DNA from: Chiloscyllium plagiosum
Lineage: Eukaryota
Direction of reading: 5' to 3'
Length of the DNA stretch: 64,000 nucleotides
Assembly (NCBI RefSeq): GCF_004010195.1
Contig: NC_057719.1
Location: 38,970,394 to 39,034,393, forward strand
This document shows, piece by piece, positions 25,933 to 40,234 of this stretch (its first letter is position 1; every line of letters starts with the position of its first letter). Under the pieces are notes generated by a model. That model was given only the letters and a program-made list of their open reading frames with translations, was not told the origin of the DNA and made no database searches. Position numbers and translations under genes: made by a program.

Positions 25933-28900
25933 TTTTTTTTTGTAAATATATTTATTCGCAAAAAAACATTTTTTTGACTTTACAAAAATGTAAAGTTATA
26001 AAAAAAAGAAGAATGCAAATTACAATGCAACTACTATCTACTAACTACTAACCTAACCTATAAAACAAAACAAAATGAAACATTGTACAAAACAACACCA
26101 ATAAATAAGTAAATGACTGAAAAACAAAACAGAAGAACACGTAAGAACACAGAATAACAATGCTCAGCGCAAAGCTGTCAAGTAAAAAATGGGGAACATT
26201 TCATATATATACTCGTATTCACTCAGGAGTCCCCCTTTCCAGGGCTCAGCACACCTAATCATCCTGGTTAAACGAACACCCGAGTTAAGAATAGCAGACA
26301 AATCTATGTCCAAATAACTCAAAAAGGGCTGTTCATGTCTTATAAAAAAGGTTTGTTGTGTGGTGCACCATATTCGTGAAAAGATCCAAGAGAATGTGCT
26401 CCACAATTAATTTTCGCCATCCCAGCAAGCCTGGCAGGTTCTCAGACACCCAATTCATCAGAATATTCTTTCATGCACGGTAAGAATATTGAATAGTTTC
26501 TTCCCATGCCCGTCGAAAGATTATAAATTCAGTAAACCTCGAAGGAGAGATGTTGGGTCTACCTTAGCTTCAATCCTCAATATCCTCACTATCTTTGCCG
26601 CCACAGTGCTCCAAAAAGCATGGAGCCTTTGGTATATCCAGAAGCAATGGGTATGAGTACCTACAGTTATTTTATATTTGGGGCACATTGGAGACTTTTT
26701 AAAACTTCACCAGACGGTCCGATGCCAAATGAACCCGTGCAGAACTTTTATCTGCATTGTGTATGCCAAATTATAGATTGAGATCTTTTGTGTGTTCTTC
26801 CATACGTCCTCTCATGTTTCAGAAGAGATCTCCACTCCTAGTTGTTGCTCCCAAAGTTCACATAGCCAGTTAATATCCTGCCAGGCCCTACCACCCAGTA
26901 GGCGATAGAGGGCAATAACCGACAGGGTGCTTGTAGCACGTAGCAACAACCTTTCTATATCAGGCTTATAGGGCTTAGTAAGAAGCATAGTCTTCTTCTA
27001 GATGAAATCCCTAACCTGAAAAAAATTGAAAAAATCTCTACCGGGCAGTCCGTATTTGCGGCTCAATTGCTCAAAGGATATCATAACCCCCTCAAACAAG
27101 TCTCCCAAACTAGAAATTCCTCTCGCTGCCCATTGTTTGAACCCTGAGTCCATCATCCCTGGTCAGAATCCAGGCATACCAACTATGGAAGTAAATCGTG
27201 AAGTCATAGATAAGCAACTCTCACTCTGACGCATTGCCCTCCATGCCTTGACCACACTAATAAAAATGGGGTTCCGGCAATGGTCCATAACTGTCCTCAT
27301 CTTATCCATAAACAACAGGTTAATAAGAGGCCACTTTGCCTGGGAAGCCTCGATATCCAGCCATATGGAGTCTGGATTATTACCTGCCCAATCGGATTGA
27401 TTTCCCATACATCAGGAGATATCAATTGAGTTCCATGCCTCCCATCTCTGTAGATCACGCCTAATATTGTCGAGCAGGTGAGCAAAATTAGTCCAAAATA
27501 ACCGATCAAACATGGGAGTAATAAAAATACCTAAATATCGAAAACCCACCCGTGACCACTTAAAGGGGAACCTAGGGCCACTTTCAACCTCTGACACTTC
27601 CTTAAGGTCCCTCAAAAGCATAGCCTCCGACTTTGCAAAGTTGTTCTTATATCCAGAAAAAGCCCCAAATGAATTAATACGTTGTATCAGATGGGGTATG
27701 GAGGTCATCGTGTCTGATAAAAATAAAAGGATGTCATGCGCGTATAGTATAATCTTGTGTACCCTCAATCCCACTTACGGAGCAGTTATGTGGATGCTCT
27801 GAGGAATGGCCTCTGCCAGTGTTTCTATCACCAACGTAAACAACAACAGTGAAAGGGGGCAGCCTTGACAAGTACCCCTGCCAATCCTAAAATTCCCAGA
27901 CTTCACCCCATTGGTGATGACCGCGACCAGAGGGTGGTGATATAAAACGTCCACCCATCTAGCAAAGACTCCACCCAACGCAAACCGCTCTAAGACATAA
28001 AAGAGATACAGCCATTCCACCTGGTCAAATGCTTTCTCTGCATTTAAGGAAATCACCAATCCCTGGATCGATCATTGCTGACATACTTGGACCATATTCA
28101 GCAACCTTCTAATATTATTAGAGGACCTACGACCCCTTATAAAACCTGTCTGGTACTCTTTGACAATATAGGGCAACACCTTCTCCAATCTCAGCATCAA
28201 AATCTTAGACAGAATCTTAAAGTCTGAATTTAATAGAGAGATGGGCCAATATGAAGCACAATACCCAGAAACCTTCCCCTTCTTAAAAATGAGCGAAATA
28301 TTAGGTTCTTTCAAAGAGGGTGGTAAGCATTCATGCATCTAGGGGTGACTGTACATTTTCAGCATCGGCCCTGACAGAATCCCTCTAAACTCCTTATAAA
28401 ACTCACCCCGGAGACCATCAAGGCCAGGTGCTTTCCCACTCTGAAGTTGCCTATCTGCCTCCTGTATTTCCTGAGCTGTCAAGGAGGCATTAAGAAGACT
28501 TGGCTTGTTCCAGGATTACCCCCAGGAGGTCCAGGCTCTTAAAAAAGGTTTCTATCTTTCTAACTACAAATGACCATTGCTACCAAAAAACTACAAAGAA
28601 AACCAACTGTAAAACCTTGAACAGGAGACTCTCCCCTCCCCTGCCCATAGTGGGCACTCACCCTGCCCCACCCTCCCTTCCCCCTCTCCACCTTCACAAT
28701 TCCTTCAAGCCCGGACTGCGCCCCAGCCTTATGCAAAAATAAATAAGTAAACAAGAAGATGATCCTTAAATCAACAAAAGAAGACAGACAGGATAAGCAC
28801 TCCACCTATCCCCAGCTCCACATCAGCCCTAATTATGACTAAAAAAAACGAACAAAAAAAGGGGAAAACAACAAACAGCACCCATTAAATTTCCCATGAT

Positions 28901-30063
28901 AAAATCCAGTCATAAAAAGTATTATAGAAACAACATATTCTAAGACTTTTTTCCCCTTAAAATATTTATTAGGGAGAGAGGAAAAACAAAAGAAAGGGAA
29001 GGGGAAAACATGGGGAAAGAAGGAAAAGAAGACAAACAATAACCATATTCTTCAAATCAGTTGGTCATTTTTAGAGTGTTCACAAAGTTCTTGGCTTTAT
29101 CCGCCGAGTCAAACATATAAACCGAATCCTCATTGCTGAAACAGAGCACCGCTGGGTATCTCATGGAGTCCTGTATGCCCAGGTTCTTCAGCCTCTTCTT
29201 AACTTCATCGAAGGACTTCCTCTTTTGGATTACAGTGCTGAGAAATCTTGGAAGAACATAATTTTTGACCCCTTGTGCAACAGTGTCTGTGGATGTTTCC
29301 TCAGTGATCTGGAGACTTCTATCACTTTTTGTTTGTCCTTGTATGATTGGAAGCGCACTAGGACCGGGCGAGGGCGCTGTACTAGTCCGGACCTGCGCAC
29401 CGCGACCCGATAGGCCCTTTCAATCTGCAGCCAGCCAGACTTGATTTGAAGACCCAGGAACTACGGCAGCCAGTTTTCAAAGAAGCTGACTGGCTGCCCA
29501 CCTTCTTCACCCTCCAAGAGCCCGACAATCCGCAGATTCGTCCTCCGATCTCAATTTTCGAGGTCGTCGACTTGATCTCGCAAGGCCCACACTTGCTGCT
29601 CCAGACCCGGACGAGGCCTTGATCGCCACTTGCTCCTCCATCCGCACCCTGAGGCCCTGGAGCTCCTGTTCATGCTTTTGTAGTATGAACACGATAGCGT
29701 GGAGCTGGGCACAAATCTCCTTGAACACAGCCTCAACCTTCGTGGTAAGTCTTGCCATCACCACTGCCAATTCTTGCGGGTCCGTGAAGTTCCTTGAGGG
29801 TTCAGGAGAGGCCGCTGCTGTGAACTCTGGTATATCCGGTGCTGCAGCGGAGTGTCCTCCCTGCTGCTATTTGCTCGCTCCCTTTCCCTTTGGTATCCTT
29901 TGCACTCCAGAGTTTGAAGAAATATATATTCTCAAAATTTTAAATTAATAATTCTTTCATAGAAGTTAGCCAGGGAAAGCAAAAAACCACTAATATGTCT
30001 TGGCTGTTAGGCAGAGCTATCCACGGCAGTTCTAATGAATCGCTGCCATCTTGCCAAGTCCTT
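25933..30063 (-). mobile_element. L1-clade LINE with 5' end, ORF1, internally deleted ORF2 and poly(A)
   Basis: 5' GGCAAGATGGCAGC (~30056); ORF1 motif DQVDDLEN and decayed LRIVGL.EG; ORF2 motifs YWPISLLNSDFKILSK, SLNAEKAFDQVEW, GTCQGCPLS, LYAHDILL; AATAAA plus A tail at ~25933-25956; decayed TSD GTGA...AGTTT at 25922-25935 and 30064-30077. Confidence 0.93.
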
Positions 30064-30184
30064 GTGATGCAAAGTTTAAAAATTGTAGATGTATGAGAAC
30101 ATAGACATTTCATACAGCTGCCATATCGAAGATTTTGCAGAAAACAAAGCCATACGGCATGGGAATAAAGGTGTGGATCATCTT

Positions 30185-30590
30185 ATGAGGAAACATTAGA
30201 CAGGCTGGGTTTGGCGTTTAGAAGAGTAAGAGGTGACTTGATTGAAACATTTACAATCCTGAGAGATCTTGATAAGGTGGATGTTGGAAGGATTTTTCCA
30301 CTTCTGGTAGAATTGCAAATCTGTGGTGTTTACAGATCCCTAAACGTGGCAGGACAAGTTAATGGGGTACACACATTTAGCAAGCTGGTCACACTACAGA
30401 AAAGAGACAGAAAAGAGTTTGGTGACTACCAGGAAGACAGCATGGACAGGTGATGCAGGAGTCCTCTTTCAGGGGAAAGGCATTGCAGCAGCCTGATCAG
30501 TGGCATCACGACTGGCTCTGTTGTATAGCAGGGAGGACCAAAATGTAGGCGAGCAATAGTGATAGGTGGCACAGATTGGTGTTTCTGTAA
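30185..30590 (+). mobile_element. Mixed CR1 fragments (ORF2 3' part and ORF1 esterase remnant)
   Basis: RRVRGDLIETF; later decayed RRAIVIG..TD..FC. Confidence 0.6.
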
Positions 30591-31960
30591 AGCTTATGCC
30601 TCAACTGATGAAGGTAAGCATCCATATGCCTTCTTGACCAACTCATCCATTTGTGTTGCCACTCTCAGGGAACTGTTGACATGCATGCCCTTTGTATGTT
30701 TATGCTACTAAGGATTCTGTCATTTACTTTCCTCCTGCATTCGATCTTCCAAAATCCACTGCCTTGCATGTGGCCAGATTAAACTCCATCTGCATTTCTC
30801 TGCGCAAGTCTCCAGCCTATCTATAATCTTGCTGTATCCTCTGCTGTATCCTCTGGCAATTCTCCTCACTATCTGCAGCATCCCAATCTTTGTGTTGTCC
30901 ATAAACTTACAAATCAGGCCACCTAAGTCCTCCTCAAAATCATTTATACATATTACAAACAACAGCGGTCCCACTATTAATCCCTGTGGAACACCACTGG
31001 TCACAGGTCTCCAGTCAGAAAAACATCCTTCCACTGCTACTCTCTGTCTTTTCAAACTGAGCCAGTTCTTTATCCATTTTACCAGCTCACTGTGAACCCC
31101 ATTTGACTTCATCTTTTGCATCAGCCTGCTGTGAGGGACCTTGTCAAAGAACTTGCTAAGTCCATATAGATAACATCTTCATTAATCATCTTTGTTACTT
31201 CCTGGAAAATCTCAATCAAGTTTGTGAGACACAACTTTCCCTGCACAAAGTCTTGCTGCCTATTGCTAATAAATCCATATTTTACAAAATGTGAGTAATT
31301 CCTATCCCTAAGAATCTTCTCCAATAATTTCCCTACCACTGACATAAGGTCCACCGGCATGTAATTTCCCAGACTATCCTTGTTGCCCTTCTTAAACAAA
31401 GGAGCAACATTGGCTCTTCTCCAAGTCCTCTGGGACCTCTCCTGTGGCTAAACAGGATACAAAGATTTCATACAAGACCCCAGAAACATCCACACTTGCC
31501 TCCTTCAGCATTCTGGGATACATCCCATCAGGTCCTGGGGATTTGTCCACTTTTACGCTTTTCAAACCACCGAAAAGCTCTTCCTTTTTCATATTGATAT
31601 ACTCTAGAATATCAATATGTCCTTCTGAAGACTTACCATTTACCATGTCCTTCTCCATTGTGAATATCAATGCAAAGTACTCGCTAAGGATCTCACCTAC
31701 TTCCTCTGCCTTCACATATAAATTCACTCCTTTGTACTTGAGTGGATCTAACCTTTTCCTAGTACCATTTTGCTCCTTATATACTCTTTTTATAAAATGC
31801 ATTGGAACCTTCCTGAATCCTGTTTGCCAAAGACATTTCATTGACCCTTTTAGCCTTCCTAATTCCTTGTTTGAGTTGTTTCCTGCTATTTTTGTATTCT
31901 TCAAGGGCTGTATGTGTCTTCAGTTTTCTCCCTTTTCTTTTTGACTAAGCTTTCAAAATT
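30590..31960 (-). mobile_element. CR1 LINE ORF2 fragment
   Basis: DKSPGPDGMYPRMLKE, GNYMPVDLMSVVGK, WRPVTSGVPQG. Confidence 0.93.
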
Positions 31961-32457
31961 TCTCTTATTATTGACGTTCGAGAACGTGCTGGTCCTGAAC
32001 TCTAATCTCAGTTACCCAAAGTAACTTTTCAATAATAGAGTTTACACTGCATATTTGTGATTCTTTACTCATTCAGGGCCCTGTTATCGCAAACGTCAGT
32101 CTTAGGTCTGCACCATCTTGGGTGACTCAACTGGCCTGCTTGATCTTCAGTTCTCCTTATCTTTCTGTGGAATTTAATTAAATGTTATTGTTACACAGAC
32201 TCTTATTTTCCAAATGCTGAACTAAAATTCTCAGCACCACTTTTGGTAAAATATCTCATCATGCCAGAACAAATTGTGCATAACTATAGCACTTGTTTCA
32301 AGAATAACTTGCAATTTAATTTAACTCTATTAATATTAACCCCCCTCATCCCTAATTCATCATTACAGCATCAACTATATTCAAAGAACTTGGCTTGCAT
32401 CATGGGTGATGGAGACTGTGAATCAGAGATTGAGTTGACCATAATTTATAACATTGG

Positions 32458-32852
32458 GAGGTGACAGCCCAGTGGTATTATCACTAGACTGTTAATCTAG
32501 AGATCAATGTTCTGGGGACCTGGGTTCAAATCCTGCCATGGCTAATTGTGGAGTTTGAGTTCAATTTTTAAAAAAAACTGGTATTAAAAATCTAATAATG
32601 ACCATGAATCAATTGTCAAAAAAAAACATTGGTTCACTAATCCCCTTTGGGAAAAGAAACTACCACTCTTAACTTTTTCACTTTGTCCACCCCAGTCAAC
32701 ACCAGCACCTCCACATCATGGCTACACTTACCTGATCTGGCCTACATGTGACTCCAGACCCACAGCAAGTCTTAACTGCCCTCTGGGCAATTAGGGATGG
32801 GAAATATTGCCTAACCAGCAGTGTCCTCATAACGTGCATGAACTGAAAAAAA
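32458..32852 (+). mobile_element. tRNA-derived SINE (second family) with a small nested PLE family B terminus (~32672-32722)
   Basis: A box CAGTGGTATTATCACTAGACT, B box GGTTCAAATCC, A-rich end; inner CCCCAGTCAACACCAGCACCTCCACATCAT matches 11290-11320. Confidence 0.8.
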
Positions 32853-33399
32853 AAAGTATTATTATCCTTACCAGTAACCAATATTTTTATGTGTGAATTG
32901 CATGTGGGAATGAATAAGTGAGAAATTGCATTTGAAATCCAGGTTAAGTGTGTGAGAATAAATAGCCTTCTTTGTGATTAACTTATAAAAAATTACTGTT
33001 GGAAATATTTAATTGGAGCACACAAAGCAAGGGTAAGAAAATATCATTTCTTCCACGGAAAACATTCTAATCGCTGGCAGTAAAGGAAAGCATTTAAATT
33101 TCTGTTTGCAACAATGGACTACTTTTGGTAACAATGAGAAAAGAATTGAAAGCTGACATACATAACAATTCTGTAATACTGCACAGTTTCGGAGTAAGAA
33201 TCATGGCAACTAAATCTCTCATAACTATTATATATAGTATAGCTCAAATAAACTAATAGGAAAACTGGTAATCGAGAACAATAGAGTTTTTTAAAGTGTA
33301 TTTAGGAGCCCTTTCTCACTTCTATTCATAAAATCTATTATTTCCTTCTCAGGAGCACTGCTGTATACATCCATCTATTCTAAGGTATTCCCAGGACTC

Positions 33400-33985
33400 A
33401 TACCATCAAAGTCAAAGGACATCACTGTAGAAGTGTAGTGTCTCAGGCCTAATGATTTTCAGCTGCTTCATCAACCTGGGGACTGTCATTGACCAGAAAA
33501 ATAATTAGATCAGCCATGTAAATAATATGACTAGAAGAGATGATCAGAGGCTGGGAATTCAGAATGTTGCCTGCCTTCCACTGCAGTGCACCTGCCAGGA
33601 GTAGTGGAAAACTCTCTACTGCCTAGATAAATGGAACTACAACCACACTCAAGAAACCATCCAGGATAAACCAGCTGGCATCCCATCCACCACCTCCATC
33701 ACCAACATACAGTGGCTTTTAACACCTAGATGGACAAGGGTAGCAGATGCATGGGAACGCTACTAACTGCAAATTCTCTTCCAAGTCACACACCATGCTC
33801 ATTTAGAATATATTGTCATTCCTTCACCATTGATGAGTCAAAATCCTGGAATTATTTTTTCAGCAGCATTGTAAATGTTCCTACAACCCAAAGATAGCAA
33901 CAGTTCAAGAAAGAAGCTCAGGGGCATTTAGAGATCAGCAACTATTGTTGGCCTAACCAGTTTCACTCATCTCCTCTGAACAGGT
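33400..33985 (+). mobile_element. Old CR1/L2-clade LINE 3' fragment
   Basis: Similar to the reverse complement of 15590-16300. Confidence 0.65.
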
Positions 33986-34504
33986 AATAATAATAAACTT
34001 TAATACTTTCAAAAGGAAACTGGATGAGAGAATAGATTGAAATCTTGAAATAAACTTAATGGAATGAGGGAAATTTCAGTGGAGTCTAATGATCAGTGCA
34101 GACTAGTTGGGTAAAATGGCCAGATGATGTGCTATAGATTCCATTTAACAGTATACAATAATTCAGGCACAAGATAACTTTTCTTTAGCATTAACTAGAA
34201 TTAAGACAGAAACTGCTTTGCCTAACTAACTTTAAAAAGCACAACACACTTATGGGGCATTCTTATTGTAATAAAATTTCCAACATGCCTCACAGGAGTA
34301 TTGTTAGCTAAATTGGGTACTCTGCAAAGAAAAGCAACACTTGGGAAGATGGCAGAATGTTTGGTTAGAAAGGTGAATTTGTCGAACTATATTAAAGTAT
34401 GAACGAGAGATAGAGAAATAAATAGGTTTATAGGGTAAATTCCAGAGCCTGAAATGCAGTAACCATTTGTGGAAGAAAAATAACTCACACTTATTGAACC
34501 TTTT

Positions 34505-34850
34505 TACTCATTTATGTAATATGGGTATCACTGCTGTGTCAATATTTTATTGTCCATCACCACATGTCCCTGAGAAGATGGTGCAATGCTGCCATCCTAG
34601 CTTCTGACCTGTTCTTATAGCCACAGTACTGATGTGGCTAGTCCAGTTTAGTTCTGGACAATAGCAACACCAGGATGTTGATCGATTCACTGACAGCAAT
34701 ATTATTGAATGTCAAAGGAGTGATGGTTAGATTTTCTCTGTTTGGAGAAGTTAATTCTTGGTACTTGTGTGGCATGAATGTTACTTGCCACTTGTCTCTT
34801 CTAACCTGAATATTATTTAGATCTTGTTGCATTTGGACATGGACTACTTT
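34505..34850 (-). mobile_element. CR1/L2-clade LINE fragment
   Basis: MQQDLNNIQ..DKWQVTFMPHK. Confidence 0.75.
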
Positions 34851-35801
34851 AGTCTTTTGAAGGTTCCAATTGCTGGAAACGGTTATAATACACCTGTCAG
34901 TAAATTCATATGGTATGTCTAAATGCTGAACTAAATAAGAGAACTTTGCTTTTAAGCGGAACCAGGTGCATCATTTAAAAGCATGGTCAAGTAGAGGATG
35001 TGATAACTATGGTGTGAACATACTTATCAGGAAAGTCTAAGTATCCAGTAACAATTTTTCATTGACTGCATATAATTTCAAGTACAGTACTGACAGCTGT
35101 CAAAAAGAAACAGACCACTAGACAGTCAGGAAATTGCTGCTCACACTTTGGAGATCAATTTGGTCCTTGTCAATGTTGCAAATGGATGAGTGAAATCAAC
35201 AGAAAATAAAACTGGATAGGTTGTAACGTGTGCTGCTGATTCATAGTTATCCAATTTACAGTGACTCTGCTTTCTGTTTTGATTTGAAATATTATGTATT
35301 GTGCAAATCAAACAGTTGGTACTGGTTTCTTGCTATTCTTCTTTTCCTTTTTTTAGGAAATTTTTTTTTAGTTTTCATCTGAGAATTACTGTCTGACAAT
35401 ATGATTAATACCTTGTATTGAAATAAACTGGAGAATGAAGTTACCTGTGGATACATTATTCTGTAATTAAGTAAGTCTATTAATCATAGGGTATGTGTAA
35501 AAAATTACAGAAATCCTGGTTTGCTTATTAGATTTGTATACATGCTGTGAAGAGTAAAGTGATAGTGATGCAAGGAAAAGGCAGAAATATGGAAATGTCC
35601 ATAATGTCCACTGTTTGGTTTTTGAACAATCAATGAGGAGAACGATCAAATGCCCTCCAGCAGTGGCATGCACAGCTAATTGCCATTGATGTAGTGTCAG
35701 TAAAGTATGAATCTGAAAGCACAAGTTACATCTAATCACAGGAATGGAGATTTCAGGCCCAAATAGTTACAGATCTGTGGAGCTAACATTTGGAATTCAA
35801 T

Positions 35802-38800
35802 CATAGAAACATAGAAAACATGAGCAAGAGAAGTCATCTGGCCTGCTCGGTCATTCATTTTGATCCTGGCTGATCATCCAAGTCTATAGCCTGTTCCTAT
35901 TTCTCCCCATATCCTTTCATCTTTTAGTCCCAAATGGTATGACCAACTCCTTCTTGAAATCATTCATGGTTTTGGCCTCAACATTTTCTATGGTTGGCTC
36001 ACCACAGAAATAGCTCCTCATGAAGAAATTTCTCATTTTTGTCCTAAATGGTTTAACCTGCATCCTTAGACTGTGTCCTTCGATTCTGGACTCCTTCACC
36101 ATCTGGAAAATCCTTCCTGCATCTACCATCTAATCCTGTTCAAATTTTATGGTTCTCTTGAAAATCCCCCCTCATTCTTCTAAACTCGAGCAAATATGAT
36201 CCTAACTCATTCCACCTCTTCTCATATGTCAGCCCTGCCATCATAGTAACTAGTCTGGTTAATCTTCACTTCTCCCCCTCATAGCAAAAATATCCTTTTA
36301 AGGAGACCAAAACTGCACAGTATATTCCAGGTGTGATCTCACAAGACCCTGCATAATGGCAGCAAGACATCCCTACTCCTATAATCAAATCCTCTGACTG
36401 TAAATTCACGTTCAATTCTGGTCTCCCTGCTATAGGAAAGATGTTATGAAACTTGAAAGAATTCAGAAAAGATTTACAAGAATATTACCAGAGTTGGAGG
36501 GGTTGAGCTACAGGGAGAGATTGAATAGGCTGGTGCTATTTTCCCTGGAGTGTCAGAGGCTGAGGGGTGATGTTATGGAAGCTTATGAAATCATGACAGA
36601 CGTGGATACAGTGAATAGTCAAGGTCCTTTCCCCTGGGTAGGGGAGTCCAAAACTAGAGGATATAGTCTTAAGATGAGAGAGGAAATATTTGAAAGGAGC
36701 CTAAGGGACAACTTTTTCACAGAGAATAGTACATGTATGGAATGAACTGCCAAAGGAAGTGGTGGAGGATGGTAAATTATAATATTTAAAGGGCATTCGG
36801 ATGAGTATATGAATAGGAAGGATTTAGTCCTTTTGTAACGGACTCCACAATGTCTCCCACATGAGATTTACAGGTCTATAATTCCTGGTTTTCTCTATGC
36901 CTCCCTTCTTTAATAGAATAGTTACATTATCAGTAGGAACTGTTAGAGAGGTATGGGCCAAATGCTAGCAAATGGGACTAGATTATTTTAGGATATCTGG
37001 TCAGCATGGTTGAATTTTCCCAAAGGGTTTGTTTCTGTACTAGGCATCTTTATGACTTTATGAAGGTCAAAATATCATTTGCCTCCTTAACTGCCTGCTG
37101 CATTCTTATGCTTACCTTCAGCGACTGGTGTCCAAGGACATACAGTTCTCATTGCACAGTTTCTTCTCTCAATTTATAAACATTCATATAATAATGTACC
37201 TTTCTATTTTTGCTACTAAAGTGGATAACCTCACATTAACCCACATTATACTGCATCTGCCCTGCAATTGCTCACTCACTCAACTTGTGCAAATGACACT
37301 GAATCATCTCTGCATCCTCCCACCTAGTGGCATCTGCAAATTTGCAGATATTATATTTAGTTTCCTCTCCAAATCGTAATATACATTGTGAATAGTTGGG
37401 GTCCTAGTACACTGATCTGTGTGGTCCCCCACCAGTCACTGCCTGCTATATGGAAAAAAGACCCATTTATTCCTACTTTTTGTTTCCTGCCTGCCAACCA
37501 GTTTTCTATCCATATCGATACACTATCCCCAATCCCATGCAGTTGAATTTTACACAATAATTTATGTGGGATTTTGTCGAAAGCCTTCTGAAAGTCCAAA
37601 TAAACCACATCCACTGGTTCTCTCATTAACTGCATTAGTTACATTTTAGAACAATTCTAGTAGATTTGTCAATCATGATTTCTCTTTTGTAAATCCATGC
37701 TGAGTCTGTCTGATCTTGCCACTGATTTCTAAATGCTCAGCTATTAATCCTTTTGTAATGGACTCCAGAATGTCCCCCACATGAGATTTACTGGTCTACA
37801 ATTCCTGGTTTTCTCTCTGCCTCCCTTCTTTAATAGAAGGGTTACATTATCAGTAGGAACTGACTGTGAAACCTTACGGTGAAAGTTTTTATGCTCTCTC
37901 AAATTACTCTTGTACTTACTTGCTCCTTCTTAACCAATCCTTTGTCTTCCTTCAGTAAATTCTAAACGACTCCCAGTCCTCAGGTTCATTGTTTTCTTCC
38001 TGGCCAATATGTATGCCTCTATTAGATATAATACTATCTCCAATTTCCCTTGTAAGCCAAGACTTGGCCACCTTTCCCATTTAATTTTTGCATCAGACAG
38101 GAATGAACAATTGTTGCTGTTCACCAATGTGCTCTTTGAATGTTTGCCATTGCTTTTAAGTAATGTTCCCCAAACTATTACAACCAAATCATGCCTCATA
38201 ACATTGTTGTTTCCTCTATCTAGATTCAGGACTTAGTCTCAGAAACAATGACATCACTCTCCATCTTGATGAGGAATTCTACATTAGGGTTGTTAATCCC
38301 GAAGGGGCCTCCCACAACTAGGTTGCCTACTATTCCTTTCTCATGATAAATACCCAGTCTAGATTGGCCTTTTCTCTAATTGATTCCTCAATGTATTGAT
38401 CAAGAAAGCCATCCTGTATACACTCCAAGAAATCTGATTTGCTTAATCTGTATGCAAATTACATCACACATAATTACAGATGTTCCTTTTTTGCATGGAT
38501 CTTTAATTTCCGGCTTAATGCCATTCCCAACATCATCTCTACAGTTTGGGGGGTCCATGTATAAACTCCACTGATATATTTTGCCCCTTGATATTTCTCA
38601 ACTTTACTTGTACAAATTCAACATCATTGGAGCTGATACCCTTCCTCACTATTGCTATTTATTTTTTAACCAGCAATGCAACTCCTCCACCTATTTTGTC
38701 TGTCCTTCCGATGTACTGAATGACTCTGGATATTCAGATGACATCCCTAGTCATCCTGCAGCCATGCCTTCATAAGCCCAACTGTAGCATACCTGTTTTC

Positions 38801-39105
38801 ATCTATATTAGTGATTAATTCATCAACCTTATTGTGAATGTTCTGTACATTAAGGCACAAAGTCTTAAGGCTTGTCTTTTTAACATTACTTGTCATATTT
38901 TCACTACTTTTCATTTATCTTATTATCCTTTTTATCTTGTTTCTTGAATCTTCATATGACTCCTTTTATAGGTTCTCATATCCTGCTATTTTAGTTTATA
39001 GCTTCCCCAATCAAACTTGCAAATACACTCCTAAGACATCAGTCCTCATCCTGCCTAGGTCTAATCTGTCCAGTTTAACCTGGTCCCCACTCCCTCAGAA
39101 CTGGT
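35802..39105 (-). mobile_element. Decayed CR1 LINE (ORF1 end, ORF2, 3' tail), interrupted at ~36405-37062
   Basis: ATAGAAACATAGAAA tail at ~35805; VDVVYLDFQKAFDKIPH (37357-37635); the sequence resumes after the nested element. Confidence 0.85.
36405..37062 (+). mobile_element. CR1 LINE 3' fragment nested in opposite orientation
   Basis: KLERIQKRFTRILPEL..RLRGD; tail TTTATGACTTTATG. Confidence 0.9.
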
Positions 39106-39109
39106 CAAT

Positions 39110-39830
39110 ATTTATCACTCATCCCAAATTGCCCTTGGAAAGTATATTGTGATCTGCTCTTTGAATCACCCTGCATTCTGTGTGGTGTAAGTACACTCCA
39201 AAGTGCTATTTGGGAGAAGTTCCTGGATTATTAACTAATATCACTGAAGGCCAAAAAATATTTTTCTAAGGCAGGATAGTGTATGATTTGGAAGAAAATG
39301 TGCAGATAGTGATGTTCCCTATGATTGTTGCCTTTGATCTTCTAGATGGTAGAATGTATGCATTTGGCAGATGGGGTTGAAAGGGGCATGGCATGAAGTC
39401 CATCTTTTGGTTGGTTTATTTTACTGGTGAAAAAAAATGGTTGCCTAAGGTGGTAGATAGGATGCTCAACGCATTGACTTTTTTTTCCTGGATCAGGCCA
39501 AGTTTCTTGAGTGTTGTTGGAACTACACACATCTAGGAAAGTATAGACATTATTCCATCACACAGCTGATTTGTCTTATGGCTGGCAGACTTTGAGGAGT
39601 CAGCAAGTGAGTTAATCACCATGAAGTTCCCAGCTTCTGTCCTGCTCATGTGACACAGGATGGATCTCAGGATGTTGATATGGAGGGAGAGGTGTTTCAA
39701 TGATAGTTATACCATTGAACAGCCTGGGTTAGGAATTAGACTCCTCTTGTTGAAAATAGCCTTTGCTTGATTACATGATATGCCACCAGGATGTGAAGTG
39801 ATAACTTATGTACTGATATGCTGTCATCAC
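39110..39830 (-). mobile_element. Old CR1/L2-clade LINE 3' fragment
   Basis: Colinear similarity to 15640-16330. Confidence 0.6.
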
Positions 39831-40234
39831 ATTATGATACTTATGTTGGCTCCTGAAATGCAAGAACAAAATGTAGGTCACATTGTACTGAAGAATACAA
39901 CGAACTAAAAGAACTTGATTTCTACATATGTATATTAGAATCACTGGCACTTGCATGCCTGAGCTCAAACTAAGCACTTTGTACACCCTTCAGTGCAACA
40001 TGCTGCAACAAAACAGTCAGTAAATGGAGACTGCAAAATTTGTACCATAGGTCCTATGCCATGATACAGTGAGGACATCATGAGTATGTCCCTTAAAGGT
40101 ATATCAAACATTTGCTGCAAGACATAATGCAAAGAAAACAAATCCCAAACAGATAGAAATAGATATGTATAGGCATGTGCTGTCAATTTAACAGTCTTAT
40201 AAACATGTAAAATCAGAGTTAACAGGCTTAATAA

